From: Asterias rubens
Taxonomy: Eukaryota
Length of the DNA: 64,000 nucleotides
Reading direction: 5' to 3'
NCBI RefSeq assembly: GCF_902459465.1
Contig: NC_047070.1
Coordinates: 11,284,001 to 11,348,000 of the forward strand
The stretch's first letter is position 1; each line of letters starts with the position of its first letter. The notes under the pieces are model-generated. The model ran no database searches. It was not told where the DNA came from and was given only the letters and a program-made list of their open reading frames with translations. A program made the position numbers and the translations under genes. Shown here piece after piece: positions 37,549-50,739 of the stretch.

Positions 37549-38071
37549 TTACGCAAACAATAAGGTAGCGCATTTTGTTTCATTACCACCGCTATACAAT
37601 TTATATTTTGTAAAGGATTTTTGCATGTTTAAAATTTTTTCCTATAGACATTGTAAACAGAAACAACAGTCATAGACAATACTCTCGTTTGTGTTGTGGT
37701 AGCCCTGAAATAGACTGTTTGGTTTTGGTTTTGTCTATTTTCTATTTAAACAAAACGGAAGGCAAAGGATTCCTTGGATATAAATCTTTGCACTGTTTCT
37801 TTATCACTCGCTGCTTCTGCAGACGAATCCTATGTTAAAACGATGGTCCACGCACTGTCTGAAGTTAGTTTTTATTGCAACACGAACTCATTTACCTACA
37901 AATAAAGTAGGATTTAACTTTGTAAATTTTTTAAATTGTTATTGGATTTTTTTAGTATCACAATAATAAACGTATTTTCAGTTGTAACTTTCATAAATAT
38001 TTATCCAACACAAACAATTATGTGGTCCCGCAAAGGGGATGCTGCCAGCTTACAAAAAGAATGCTATCCTA

Positions 38072-41000
38072 TAGGGTAAACTGGGGTAAAAGCGCCCATG
38101 GGGTAAAAGCGCCCATGGGGTAAAAGCGGCCATGGGGTAAAAGCGCCCATGGGGTAAAAGTGCCCATGGGGTAAAAAACGCCCACTTGACTTGTTTCTTC
38201 CGCACGTAAAAAAAGACAAATAGAATTACTAAATGAAATATATTTCTATTAAGGACAATGCATGGGAAATATAATAAAAAGAAGAATTAAACTCATTAAC
38301 ATGTTTTAAGGATGCATAGTTGCTGTAAAAATAAAAAAAAATTAAAAAGTTTTGAAAAATGCCTGTCGAAGGTTTAACCTACTAAACCTAAAAAAGAAAA
38401 AAAACAGCACATTGTGTATTTTTTTTATTATTCCGTAGTTGATATATATTCAGAAGGTTTAACTACAAAGTAATAAATGATCACAATATTCATATGAATT
38501 TTAATATTTTGCTTACTATTGTTTTGCAAGTGGGCGTTTTTACCCCAGGATAAATCAAGTACCTCGGGGTAAAAACGCCCAGTAGCATCCTTTAACGTTG
38601 AACTCTATTAAAGCCCCATTAGTCATCAAAAACCTCATTATAAATAATTTGACAGCCAAATTTGTATCTGCCTCATTAACTAACCACCCCTTCCCACTTG
38701 TTGTCTTTTGTGTTGTCCAACCTCTTTTGGTCATACCAGCCCCTCCCTCTGCCCACCCCCCTTCGTCAACCTCTTCTCCGTTCATCTCTTGTTGTCCTGT
38801 GTGCTCTCGATCTATTTCCACCACTTGACTGTTTCTGTTACAACAGTAGGCCTTACCTATTCCTGTTTGAGTGTGTTGTGTCCTCATTAAAATCTGGGAG
38901 GTAGATTCTGTCACATGCGCAGCACATACGCAAAACATGTGAGAGCACATGCGAGAGCACATGTGAAAACACATGCACAGCCGGTGGACACACATGCATA
39001 CATGACATCTTGTACAAGTACTGTATCTTTCAGAAGCCAGTCACACTTGGGGCTCACAGGAAGGACTCTTTTACTGAAGGTAAATATTTCAATTTCAATA
39101 TTCCTACAAACTTTTAAACAATCTATTAGGCCAGTGTTATGTAGTCAATATTTCTTCATTAAGGCTTGCATACAAGTGCATGTAGGTCTGAAATATTAGG
39201 GTCAAGTTGTTAAGATAACAATAAATTGAATTACATAGACCTACTGAAATTGCGTGTACCAGGCATATGCCTATGAGTTGGTCTTGCTATCCTACCATAG
39301 GCCTAGGTGCCTGCATCCACAGCAGCCCACTACATAATTAGTGCTGCCCGTATTTCAAGGGTAAACAGTAACCCTACAATGCCCTAGGGCATTTTTCAAG
39401 GTGCAAGGTGGCATGGGCTTTATTTAACTCAGTGATTTTTCTTCCCCAACCTTTCGCATTCCAAACACTATTCTGTTGACTAGCCTTTAGCCTTTCTTAC
39501 ATCTTTTTTTTCAGAGCAAGATGCCTCGACAGTATGAGAAAACTGGTTTGCGACAAAAGTATAGCACAATCACTCTAAAACTGCCCTCTGCCGAGTGCAG
39601 AGAGGTGAAATAAGTCAACGCGAAGCAGAAAGGCAATACAAGATTCCAAGACGAACACTCAGAGAGCACATCGCAGATCCCAATCTTAAATACGGATCAG
39701 GAAGAGCTACAGACCTTTCGCATGCAGAGGAGGAACTCTTGGTAACAGCCATTATTGCAGCTGAGGAGTATGCATGTCCAATGGAGAAATCAGATATTCT
39801 AGACATCACAGAAGAGTATGTCGCATCTCTGGCAAAGAAGACCCGGTTCAAGAACAACCGTCCAGGCGACGATTGGTTCTACGGCTTCACAAGATGCTGG
39901 ATGACTGAACTTGCTCCTAGAAAACCAGAGGTGTTAACCATCTCTAGGGCTACATCCTGCAATGAGTTTGTCATATCAAAGTTCTTTGACATTTTAGAAC
40001 AGAAAGTTGATGAGCTAGGAATCCGTGATTCTCCTGCTCAAATCATCAATCTGGATGAGACAGGATTTGTCACTGATCCAAAATGCAAGAGAGTATTGTA
40101 AAGAAAGGAAAACGCAACCCCAGTGTTGTCATTCCAGGTGGTGGGAAAGAAGTGTACACTGTCTTGGGATGGGTTGCTGCAAATGGTAAAGTGTTCCCCC
40201 CATATATCCTCTACAAGGCCAAGAACTTGTATGATTCTTGGTGTGTTGGTGGTCCTTATGGTGCAGGGTACTCGACAACTGATTCAGGATGGATGGAAGG
40301 GACAACACTGGCCTCATGGTTCGAGAAGCGCTTCTTATACCACGTCAGACCCATCAAGAAACCCATTCTGGTTTTGTTCGATGGGCACAGTAGTCACATC
40401 ACTGTAGATCTAATAACCACAGCCAAAGCACACGATGTGCACCTTCTCTGTATGCCACCACACTGCTCGCATGTTCTACAACCATTAGATGTTGGTGTGT
40501 TTGGCCCTGCCAAAAAAGACTGGAGCAAAATCCTGAAGCGGCACTACAAGGGTAGTCGACTGAAAAGTGTTGACAAGTCAACTTTTCCTGGCCTGCTGAA
40601 GCAGCTGTATGCTAAGGCTTTTCATAAAGAGCATGTTATCTCTGGCTTCATGAAAAGCGGAATATATCCAGTGGACAGACATGCCATTCCCACAGAGAAG
40701 CTTCTTCCAGCCAAGGTGTCTTCCGTCCAGATACAGATTAATGTAGGCCTACATGTAGCACGGTACAAGTTAATCAGGACACACAGATGAGTCCAGACCA
40801 AGTTGCAGCTTCATGTTCCAGTGTAGATGAAGGTGAGACCACACAGCCAACACTTAGTCCAGCACCTGACCTTTCTTGGGACACACAGAGTCCAGCCAGT
40901 TAGCTCTCCACCAAGTCCATTGGTTTCTCCTTCTAGTGAAGATGACTCCCTCACTGATCCTCTCACGCCAAAGCGAGCAATGAAGGTCGCTGTGCTTAAC

Positions 41001-42540
41001 TCACTTCAGAAACGGCACCAGTTAATGAAAAGAAAAGGGGGAAAGCTGTGAAGAGATCATTTGGGGAATGCCTAACAGACGATGAAGTGGTTGTAAGGCT
41101 TCAAACAGAAGAACAAGAAAAACAGAAAAAGAATGCAGAAATCAAAGCGAAAAAACAAGAAAGAGCAGCTGCTAAAGAATCGAGAAGTAGCAAAAGAGAA
41201 AAAAGACCTAGCACGGAAGAGGAAAATGGAACAAAAGAAAATGCAAGCGACATCGAATGACAACAAACAAGAAACACTAGTAGCGTCACAGGCAGCAGCT
41301 TCATCAGGGACAGTACACTCGGCAGGATCTTATGAAAACGTGATTTCTGCAAATTATCAAGTGGGAGAATATGTGGCAGCTATATATGAGGAGGATTTAT
41401 ACATTGGAGTAGTGATGCTACCAATCACTCCGACTCATGTGACCGTCGAATACATGCTGCCTCGTGGCACCAACAGATTCATTTGGCCAGAAAAAAATGA
41501 TGACATTCTCCAGACTCGACGCTGTGATATCCTCTGCAAATTACAGACCATCATTCCAACTACTGCACGCCACTGGGGATTAAATCAAGAAGACTTGGCT
41601 AAAACTATAGCTACTATCACAAAGCAGGCTAGAAACATATATGTAAATTTATGACTAATAACATTGATTTTGCTTGGGGTGAAAACATGATTGACTTTAG
41701 TAAGGCATATTTCAAGCTGAATTGACCGAATATGTTTTAAAGTTGCTTGTAAAAGCATGATGTAAGATATAGTCAAAGCTTTCTAAGTAATACTGAAAAA
41801 AAGAAAAAAAAAAAAAAAAAAACAGTTTTAGTATGAAATGCGTCTTTTAATCTTAGGTCTTAAAAGAAATATCAGTGATCCAAGCTAGTGAAAAAATCAT
41901 TACAAAGAGCTAAGAATGGCCTTATTTGCAAATCTTTGCAATCTTAACTGACAAGTCATTTTAACATGAGTCTTAGTGCTTTGTGAAATCAGGAGCTTCT
42001 GGGACAATTTCCTGGGAACAGTGTGCTTCAGTTATGGGCTTTGTAACCTTAAACCTTTCAAAGTTGGTACATAAAATAAGTGTTAAAGTTTGTTGTGCGT
42101 TAATTATGTGCGCTAATGTTTCAACCTTCCACATAAAATTACGGTTTCAAATGATTGAGTTTATAGTTATATAATGAACTAACTGTGTTTAAAAAATTGT
42201 TTGTAGTTAGTGTAGGTTCCTCAATATTGAATCAATTGAATAAATATGATTCCACTACAAAAACCTGCATATAATAGCAATCGCTTTTTGGGGTTTACAT
42301 ATGCGCGGGCGTTTTTACCCGGGTCTCGGGCGTTTTTACCCCAACACCCGGGTAAAAACGCTCGCCAAACTTCTTTTCAAAAAGCAAGGAAAATTTCCCT
42401 TTATCAACATAGTAAGTTGCACACAATAGAGGAGATATGTAATGGATAAAACCACACATTAATTTCCCTCTGTCTCCAAGAAATTCGGAGACATTTCTCA
42501 TAAACTAGAAAAACGGGCGTTTTTACCCCAGTTTAAAATA
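38072..42540 (+). mobile_element. pogo-superfamily (Tc1/mariner) DD35D transposon, about 4.5 kb
   Basis: TIR core TAAACTGGGGTAAAA(G/A)CGCCC at 38077 and inverted ending 42535; TA at the left boundary; five 17-bp subterminal repeats (38083-38180) and further GGGTAAAAACGCCC motifs at 38530-38580 and 42305-42365. The outermost right bases do not match. Confidence 0.85.
39521..41654 (+). pseudogene. pogo-type transposase (HTH_psq, CENP-B HTH, DDE_1) with frameshifts
   Basis: MPRQY..., SQREAERQYKIPRRTL (HTH), PG.DW.YGF..., NLDETG, LFDGHSSH and QPLDVGVF give D,D35D spacing. Single-base frameshifts near 39575 and 40095, further disruption at about 40790-41130, then a C-terminal domain (GEYVAAIYE..YIGVV...FIWP..DD). 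Confidence 0.88.
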
Positions 42541-43013
42541 ATAGATCATTTCAATTACGATCAATAGTGTAAACTTCAATACATTTCCACTTTAATTACG
42601 ACGCAACTCCCACATTGCGGCAACTATACAAGACTGACTGATGTGCCGCCCGCCTGTCACTGCACATCGCCACAAAGAGGACCGCAAGCAAGCACGGCCC
42701 CTATGTGTTCACGCATGCGGTGATTGGCCGTTTGATGATTGGCCGTTGTTGATTGGCCGGTGATAGTTCCATTCATAAAATCTTGGCTAGACTTCGGACA
42801 GATCGGGTAGAGTGGCTGCCCATTGTACAACGGGGAGCTTGAACGTCTGACCCACGCTTTGAGGCTCGAGGCCCAGTCTAATCAAACGTGAATAACTTTT
42901 GTCAACAGAGGGTGATGCAGGGCAAAGTTCAACTATTTCTCGGTTTGCGTTGTCGACCGATCTTTGATTCTTGGAGAGTTTGTTGCCAAAGAAGTTCACA
43001 AAACATATGGTCA

Positions 43014-43140
43014 ACACAACCGATCATCAAATCGCAAATTCTTGAAAAGGGTTGTTGATGGAAACAAAATATAACTCACAACCGATCATCAAATCGCAAA
43101 TTCTTGAAAAGGGTTGTTGATGGAAACAAAATATAACTCA
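43014..43140. repeat. Tandem duplication of about 62 bp
   Basis: acacaaccgatcatcaaatcgcaaattcttgaaaagggttgttgatggaaacaaaatataactca occurs twice in succession. Confidence 0.9.
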
Positions 43141-43244
43141 GGACTGATAGTGTGAGATAAAAAAATCACCCGTAACGCGGCTGGTTTGCGTACTTCACTT
43201 CCGTGTTTTGAGGTTAGTTTTTTCATGGTTTTTGTTTATTTTGA

Positions 43245-43335
43245 TCGCGGTTTATACGCCGCGCGGCATATACGCCGACACCTAAATATTTTTTTGTATA
43301 TTTTGGGGAAGTGCGGTTTATACGCCGCGCGGTTT
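43245..43335 (+). mobile_element. Orphan 3' end of a Tigger/pogo-like element
   Basis: Repeated cggtttatacgccgcgcgg motifs ending ...ataatccgaaaattacggta (reverse complement TACCGTAATTTTCGGATTAT, a Tigger-type TIR). No partner TIR seen. Confidence 0.55.
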
Positions 43336-45007
43336 ATAATCCGAAAATTACGGTACTTACCATGAGTTCGGCGGATGGTTTATAGTGGATGAAAATAATA
43401 ATATGGTGTTATCACAAAATATAAACAATTGTCTTGTGTCTTTTATTTGTCGTTATCATTATCAAAGGACTAAGTTTAAATACTCACATTCAGAGTGAAA
43501 GTGCACACAGCCTTTGTGTACATGTTAAGATAATGGATTAAACTACCTCCATGGTTCAACCCACAATAATGTTTTTAACAAAATGAAAATGACATCTAGA
43601 CAAGCCATTAAGCAAACGGCTGAAAATTACAGTTTGAACAGAACGCCGGTCGAGCCAGCCCAGCTTAATAACTTGTTGTCAATAGTCCAAACCTGTTGCC
43701 AGATTCTTGAAAATGCCGCAGCACCCGCTGCAAAAAAAGTAAACAAAAAAATCAGCAGAAACACTGCAACAGTCAACATTGTTTTAAAAATTTAACATGT
43801 GCATCATAAAACGATCGTCATAAACTGAAAATTATTTGACAGCAGTAGTCAGAAGCTCATTACTGTTGGTCGACATACTGAGCAAGACGTTTGGAAACAA
43901 GACTTTACTTTTAATCCATGCAACACAGGGATTTGTGGTATTGCAACTAGACGTCCGTTATACTAGTTCAACACAGCCTTTACACATTATCAGTGGTATA
44001 CGAACGCGGCGCTGTACTAAGGTGCCGCCGCGCCGGGCACCAACACATTACATTCTCGTCCCCACTCGCTCACCCCCAGATGTACAAGGTGGTGGGCATG
44101 AGTAAACTGAATTGGAAACTTGTATGCAGCATGATGCACATGAAAAATTTACGGAGTGACGTTCCGCAGGCGCGCTCAGATCACTGATTTTGACGACAAG
44201 TAAAACTAAAACATCTTTTTTGAAGTGAGATTGAAACACATTTTCTAATAAAAGATAATATTGAACCTAGGCCTACAATGTTGCATATACGGCCAGATGA
44301 AGGTAACTTGGTTTTCCACTTTCAAATTGGCGCAATGTGACTGGTTTCCGTCCAAAGTGCTAAACAATTATCAATTGTGATCCCTTAGGCCTAACATAAT
44401 GGAAGAAATATTACCTCCTCAATGAGCCTAAAGTCCATTCAAACTGCTGATGAAGCCCATTTTCCGTTAAAAAAATCTTGAAAGCAGCTGCTTTCTTCCA
44501 GAATTTTCTATAAAAAAAACACCTTCAAAAGATTCTGCTCTGTATTCATGGACACTATGGAACAGGACAATGGCAGTACTGCAGGAAGTTTGCAGCCTCC
44601 CGAGAATGGGCCGCGGTAAAGCCACAATGTGACCGCAAATAGTTGGTATCTCTTTCAGGCGCACTAGCGGCCGGCCGCACAAGCGCCGTGATGCTGCCTA
44701 TTGTTGTCACCGATTAACATATAAATATCAGGCACAACAAAGGACATCATTTTAATGAGCTGGCCCTTGGAGTTGGGCCGCACGAGTGCCGCATCAAAAA
44801 CACAATCGCGGCGCTTCGCGGGAGCGCTGCGGCGGGATGCAGGACGCCGCCTATTTTATTTTTGATGGCTTCCCTTATGCACATGCAACTGGAGTGAAAC
44901 AGCCGTGACCCATCCTTTCATTTTTCAATTGCATTTATATTACTATTTTACATTTGGTAATAATGCTGACAAAATAAAACGGGTGTAATGGTAATTACCC
45001 AGGTGAA

Positions 45008-45432
45008 ATGGGAAGAGATCATTCCAACCGTCAAGACATAAGCTGCCTAAAAGATTTGATGCTGACAATACCAGCTACATGTAGCTCTGCTGATGCGGAA
45101 TGTGGCTTCAGTAGGTTAAAGCTGCTGAAAACTAATCAAAGGACGCGCGACTGGATGACTCGGTCACGACCAACTTATGATCATGCTGCATGTACACTCC
45201 CCTCATGTAGAAGAGTTTGACACAATGCCAGTCATAGACCTACATGTACCTGTATGGAAATAGCTCTGGGCAAAGGGAAAAGCGTCATGGCCACCACACC
45301 AACAAGTTGGGAGATAGCGAAGAAGAGGAGGACTCCACCGAGTCTGAGCGTGACCTTAGTGATCAGAATTTGGAAGGTCCACTAGACGGACTGGTTCCAA
45401 TGGAGATGGAAGAGTCTGATTCAGACTACTAG
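45008..45432 (+). pseudogene. hAT transposase C-terminal (dimerisation domain) remnant
   Basis: MLTIPATCSSADAECGFSRLKLLKTNQRTR matches the hAT dimerisation motif (LTLP.SSA.AERGFS.LK.IKT..R); followed by FDTMPVID and an acidic tail; frameshifted. Confidence 0.7.
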
Positions 45433-45579
45433 ATGGGATCAAACAATTGGAGTCATGATAATCGACCGATATTCAGACATTGACAGTGTGTTTGATCTTT
45501 TGAGTAACTCATCTCTGCTGCCATCGTCCCCGTCGATGTCGGAAGCTGCAAGTACACGTAATACACAGAGAGCTCTTAT

Positions 45580-45805
45580 GCCACTTCAGTGGCCTACCGT
45601 CTTTCCAATCCCATCCTTGAAACTTTAAACCGGGAAAAAAAACAAAGATGGAACTTTGACAAACCCCCACAGGAATGAAATCTGATAAATTGGAAAAACT
45701 TGCTGAAGCCATGTTTAGCTACAAGGCCTATCCATCAGATGATCAGTTCTGCTCTGTAGCACAAGCACTTGTCAAGAAGCACCCATACATGAAAGAATCA
45801 GGCCT
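45580..45805 (+). pseudogene. Fragment of a fourth CACTA/EnSpm accessory (SAMD3-like) gene
   Basis: MKSDKLEKLAEAMFSYKAYPSDDQFCSVAQALVKKHPYMKESG matches the conserved LEKLAE..F..KAYP....VA.ALV.KHP.L.E.G block of this family. Confidence 0.65.
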
Positions 45806-46801
45806 ACCCCGGCGCAGTCCAGTGATGGCTACGGGGAACCAACTCAGCCTCCCGCAGACAGTTTCCCAGATCCCCGCTTCGACACCAAGTATTAGCGTCC
45901 ACCCGTCGGGAGGACTCGCTGAATCAAACTCGGGGATGCCCAATGTGGAAATCCGCTATGCGTAGCAGAACATATTCCACTCTGCTCACTACCTTGTCAC
46001 ATGACTTGTCAGGTGGCGTCGCGGATTATACAGTACAGTTTTGAGACCCAACTGAGGCTTGTCCAGCAGCATATGATAAGAGTGCTGAACCTTCCCACTG
46101 ACGTGGACACTGAGGTGGACACTGACACAGCCCCTGCCCGCCAATCTTTCAAGAGACGAGCAGCCCCAGTCGAGCCAAAGCCAGATTGATGCTTTTGTCT
46201 ATCATCCAACGTTAGTTATAACAATTTCATGCGCTTCATGAGGGTTGTTTCAAACTTTTTTTATGCTATAACATGACCGAAAAAGGTTTTACGAGAAGGC
46301 TTGAGTGAGCAGGTATGAAAAGTTCAGGAGGAATACAATTAAAATTTTCTTTTCTGGTTTGGGAGGGTGTGTAGGCCCTATGGGAATAGAATATTTTGTT
46401 GGCATTCAACATCATTTTTAACTAGCCTTCCTGGTTTTGTTAGAGGAATCAAAAAGCATTTTAAAGAAATCAGCTGGCAGGTCCACATTTAATTTTTTTT
46501 ATTTTTTGTTTTAATACATTAATGTTTTTTCTTGCTTGTCTTTTATTATATGAGTTGCCTGGCTTGGCTGGTGGGTAATACGTATTCCTCCTGTGGAGGG
46601 TGTGTCTTGTTAATACTCGTTATTGTCTCGAACCAAAAGGTCAGCCACTTTGAAAGTGACTTTTTGTCGCTATTGGCTTTCCCTGCCAGGGTTCTTGTCT
46701 TTTGTTTCGTCTGGAGGTGTTTCCTACACAATCCTTCTATCTGCCCGCGGCCAGGCCAGGTTTCTCAGTAATTTGCTAGTGTTGTTCATTTTTCCCAACA
46801 G

Positions 46802-47016
46802 ATTCTTCCCATAGAAAACTTTGGAGCAGAGTGGAGACAAGGGCAGTGTGGAAGGAGCTGCATGACTTCATTAAAAGGGAGAAAATACCCGGTAAAGCAG
46901 ACTGTGAGGAGTGCATAACGCAGGCAGATCCCATACTCAACAAACGTTCGTGACACGACATCAAATACAAAGTGAGGACAATAGTGACTCAGGTAAAAAG
47001 AGATAAAGCAAAGTAA
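46802..47016 (+). pseudogene. Terminal exon encoding a SANT/Myb-like domain of the kind at the C-terminus of TE-derived (possibly Crypton-type) proteins
   Basis: Strong acceptor, then RKLWSRVETRAVWKELHDFIKREKIPGKADCEECITQADPILNKRS*HDIKYKVRTIV. The TGA sits where W is expected in a WS..E..AV...PGK..C...R.W.DIK..V motif. Confidence 0.5.
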
Positions 47017-47129
47017 AGTAGAAAATGGGATGGGGCCATTTCAAAGCCACAAAACAAGCTAGAGAACAAAAATGCAAGAACGAAGTGAACTTGGGGGGTC
47101 CTATGGCAAACAAGTATTATCAAAAACGT

Positions 47130-49370
47130 CCATGGGCAAGATAATTAAAATTCTTAAAAATGAAAGAAAATCAGTTTGTATTTTATAGATTTTGTTGTTG
47201 AGGACCAAACTGACACCCATGGGCGAAACAGTTATCTTTCTTAAAACAAGAGAAAGTAAGTTTTGTATTTTAGAAATTTTATTGAGGACCAAACTGACAC
47301 CCATGGGCAAAACAGTTATCTTTCTTAAAACAAGAGAAAGTAAGTTTTGTATTTTATAGATTTTGTTGAGGACCAAACTGACACCCATGGCGAGATAGTA
47401 ATCTTTCTTAAAACAAGAGAAAGGAAGTTTTGTATTTTATAAATTTTGTTGAGGACCAAACTGACACCCATGGGCAAGATAGCTAACTTTCTTAAAACAA
47501 GAGAAAGTAAGTTTTGTGTTTGATAGATTTTGTTGAGGACCAAACTGACACCCATGGGCAAGATGGTTATCTTTCTTAAAACAAGAGAAAGTAACTTTTG
47601 TATTTTATAGATTTTATTGAGGACCAAACTGACACCTATTGGCGAAACAGTTATCTTTCTTAAAACAAGAGAAAGTAAGTTTTGTATTTGATAGATTTTG
47701 TTGAGGACCAAACTGACACCCATGGGCAAGATAGTTATCTTTCTTAAAAGAAGTGAAAGTAAGTTTTGTATTTTATAGATTTTATTGAGGACCAAACTAA
47801 CGCCCATGGGCAAGATAGTTAACTTTCTTAAAACAAGTGAAAGTAAGTTTTGTATTCGATAGATTTTGTTGAGGACTAAACTGACACCCATGGGCAAGAT
47901 AGTTATCTTTCTTAAAACAAGTGAAAGTAAGTTTTGTATTTTATAGATTTTGTTGAGGACCAAACTGACACCCATGGGCAAGATAGTTAACTTTCTTAAA
48001 ACAAGAGAAAGTAAGTTTTGTATTTGATAGATTTTGTTGAGGACCAAACTGACACCCATGGGCAAAAGAAAGTAAGTTTTGTATTTTATAGATTTTATTA
48101 AGGACCAAACTGACACCCATGGGCAAAATAGTTATCTTTCTTTAAAGAAGTGAAAGTAAGTTTTGTATTTTATAGATTTTATTGAGGACCAAACTGACGC
48201 CCATGGGCAAGATAGTTAACTTTTCTAAAACAAGTGAAAGTAAGTTTTGTATTTTATAGATTTTGTTGAGGACCAAACTGACACCCATGGGCGAGACAGT
48301 TAACTTTCCTAAAACAAGAGAAAGTAAGTTTTGTATTTTATAAATTTTTTTGAGGACCAAACTGACACCCATGGGCAAGATAGTTATCTTTCTTAAAAGA
48401 AGTGAAAGTAAGTTTTGTATTTTATAGATTTTATTGAGGACCAAACTAACGCCCATGGGCAAGATAGTTAACTTTCTTAAAACAAGTGAAAGTAAGTTTT
48501 GTATTCGATAGATTTTGTTGAGGACTAAACTGACACCCATGGGCAAGATAGTTATCTTTCTTAAAACAAGTGAAAGTAAGTTTTGTATTTTATAGATTTT
48601 GTTGAGGACCAAACTGACACCCATGGGCAAGATAGTTAACTTTCTTAAAACAAGAGAAAGTAAGTTTTGTATTTGATAGATTTTGTTGAGGACCAAACTG
48701 ACACCCATGGGCAAAAGAAAGTAAGTTTTGTATTTTATAGATTTTATTAAGGACCAAACTGACACCCATGGGCAAAATAGTTATCTTTCTTTAAAGAAGT
48801 GAAAGTAAGTTTTGTATTTTATAGATTTTATTGAGGACCAAACTGACGCCCATGGGCAAGATAGTTAACTTTTCTAAAACAAGTGAAAGTAAGTTTTGTA
48901 TTTTATAGATTTTGTTGAGGACCAAACTGACACCCATGGGCGAGACAGTTAACTTTCCTAAAACAAGAGAAAGTAAGTTTTGTATTTTATAAATTTTTTT
49001 GAGGACCAAACTGACACCCATGGGCAAGATAGTTAACTTTCTTAAAACAAGAGAAAGTAAGTTTTGTATTTGATAGATTTTGTTGAGGACCAAACTGACA
49101 ACCATGGGCAAGATAGTTATCTTTCTTTAAACAAAAGAAAGTAAGTTTTGTATTTGATAGATTTTGTTGAGGACCAAACTGACACCCATGGGCGAGATAG
49201 TTAACTTTCTTAAAACAAAAGAAAGTAAGTTTTGTATTTGATAGATTTTGTTGAGGACCAAACTGACGCCCATGGGCAAGATAGTTATCTTTCTTAAAAC
49301 AAGAGAAAGTAAATTTGTATTTTATAGATTTCGTTGATAATCAAGCAAACACCCATGGGCAAGATAAAAA
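47130..49370. repeat. Satellite with 84-bp unit, about 26-27 copies, with a 649-bp higher-order duplication
   Basis: Unit gaggaccaaactgacacccatgggcaagatagttatctttcttaaaacaagagaaagtaagttttgtattttatagattttgtt; a 61-bp deleted unit recurs at 48061 and 48710. Confidence 0.95.
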
Positions 49371-50119
49371 TTTACTTTTAAGATCCTCAGGTTTATTTAT
49401 TTATTTATTTACAGCTTCTTCATATTATATGTCATGATTTTTATTTACCGAATTTGTTTTAATTTGTTAATGTTTTCTGACAGGCATAAAACCATCATCA
49501 CAAACAAATCAACGGAAGTATGAAATATTCACATGTTTTATGAAACTGTATAAATTGCTTGGTAAATTGTAAATCAGTTTTAGAAGCACCATATACAGCC
49601 AGCCTTTGAATACAACAATTTAACCCTAATAATTTCAACCCCTTCTTGCCATTTTTATATACAGAGAACATTGTCATCAGTAAAGCTTAATTCAGATGGA
49701 ATTACTTCATTACACATCAATATACAAATAATCTGAAAACAAACCATGGTATTGTTATAGATTCACCACCGTTTGTTTAATGTTTGTGTTAATTCAATGT
49801 TTTAAGTGAGTGATTAATAAAAATGCTTGCATTCAAGTTCAAGTAAGCTTGCAAATATGAGTGTCTTTTATTTTATCAACATACTGTGATGAAGATTTTA
49901 AAGATTTTAATTATAATTTCCAAACTGAATGGGAAATAGGTGTAATTTACCCAGCAGGTCCCACATCTTGTTTTTTGTAACTCACTGTATAGATGTAGCA
50001 TTTGTTTGGAACGAGCTTGTGTTTAGATGTTATTATTGGGAAATTATTTAGTGTTTGAAACATTTTCAATGATAAGCGCACTTATGTGGGGCATTATACA
50101 TAGAAAATGCCATAATGTA

Positions 50120-50635
50120 TGGTCTTGTGGAGCATTTTGGGTAGTGCAAGCTATTAATGGGGCCTTGTGGGGCATTTTGGACAGTGGAAGTAATTAACAG
50201 GGCCTTGTGGGGCATTTTGGACAGTGCAAGCTATTAATGGGGCCTTGTGGGGCATTTTGGACAGTGGAAGTAATTAACAGGGCCTTGTGGGGCATTTTGG
50301 ACAGTGCAAGCTATTAATGGGGCCTTGTGGGACATTTGTGACAGTGCCAGCTATTAATGGGGCCTTGTGGGTCATTTTGGACAGTGCCAGCTATTAATGG
50401 GGCCTTGTGGGGCATTTTGGACAGTGGAAGTAATTAACAGGGCCTTGTGGGGCATTTTGGACAGTGCAAGCTATTAATGGGGCCTTGTGGGGCATTTTGG
50501 ACAGTGCAAGCTATTAATGGGGCCTTGTGGGGCATTTTGGACAGTGCAAGTAAATAACAGGGCCTTGTGGGGCATTTTGGACAGTGCAAGCTATTAATGG
50601 GGCCTTGTGGGGCATTTTGGACAGGGCAAAATATT
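50120..50635. repeat. Minisatellite with 40-bp unit, about 13 copies, two interleaved variants
   Basis: ggccttgtggggcattttggacagtg followed by either caagctattaatgg or gaagtaattaacag. Confidence 0.95.
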
Positions 50636-50710
50636 AAATTGCTCGGTCTCCTGAGAGGTGGATAGATGGCGCTCTCACTTTACTAAGTGCATGGTACCTC
50701 GACGTAAATC

Positions 50711-50739
50711 ATAGCATGGAGGTAGAACCTCCATGCTAT
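50711..50739. repeat. Short perfect hairpin with 13-bp arms
   Basis: ATAGCATGGAGGT-aga-ACCTCCATGCTAT. Confidence 0.8.

Noticed and set aside
39571-39580. CACTCTAAAA as the missing 5' TIR of EnSpm element B
   Set aside because: It lies inside the pogo transposase coding sequence, downstream of the 3' TIR, so it is a chance match.
42721-42760. Three TGATTGGCCG (reverse CCAAT) boxes as a host promoter
   Set aside because: No associated first exon was identified; it may be TE-internal or a short slippage repeat.
47101-49111. Long ORFs (up to 263 aa) with 28-aa periodicity
   Set aside because: They are translations of the 84-bp satellite, which is open in one frame by chance; there is no domain content.
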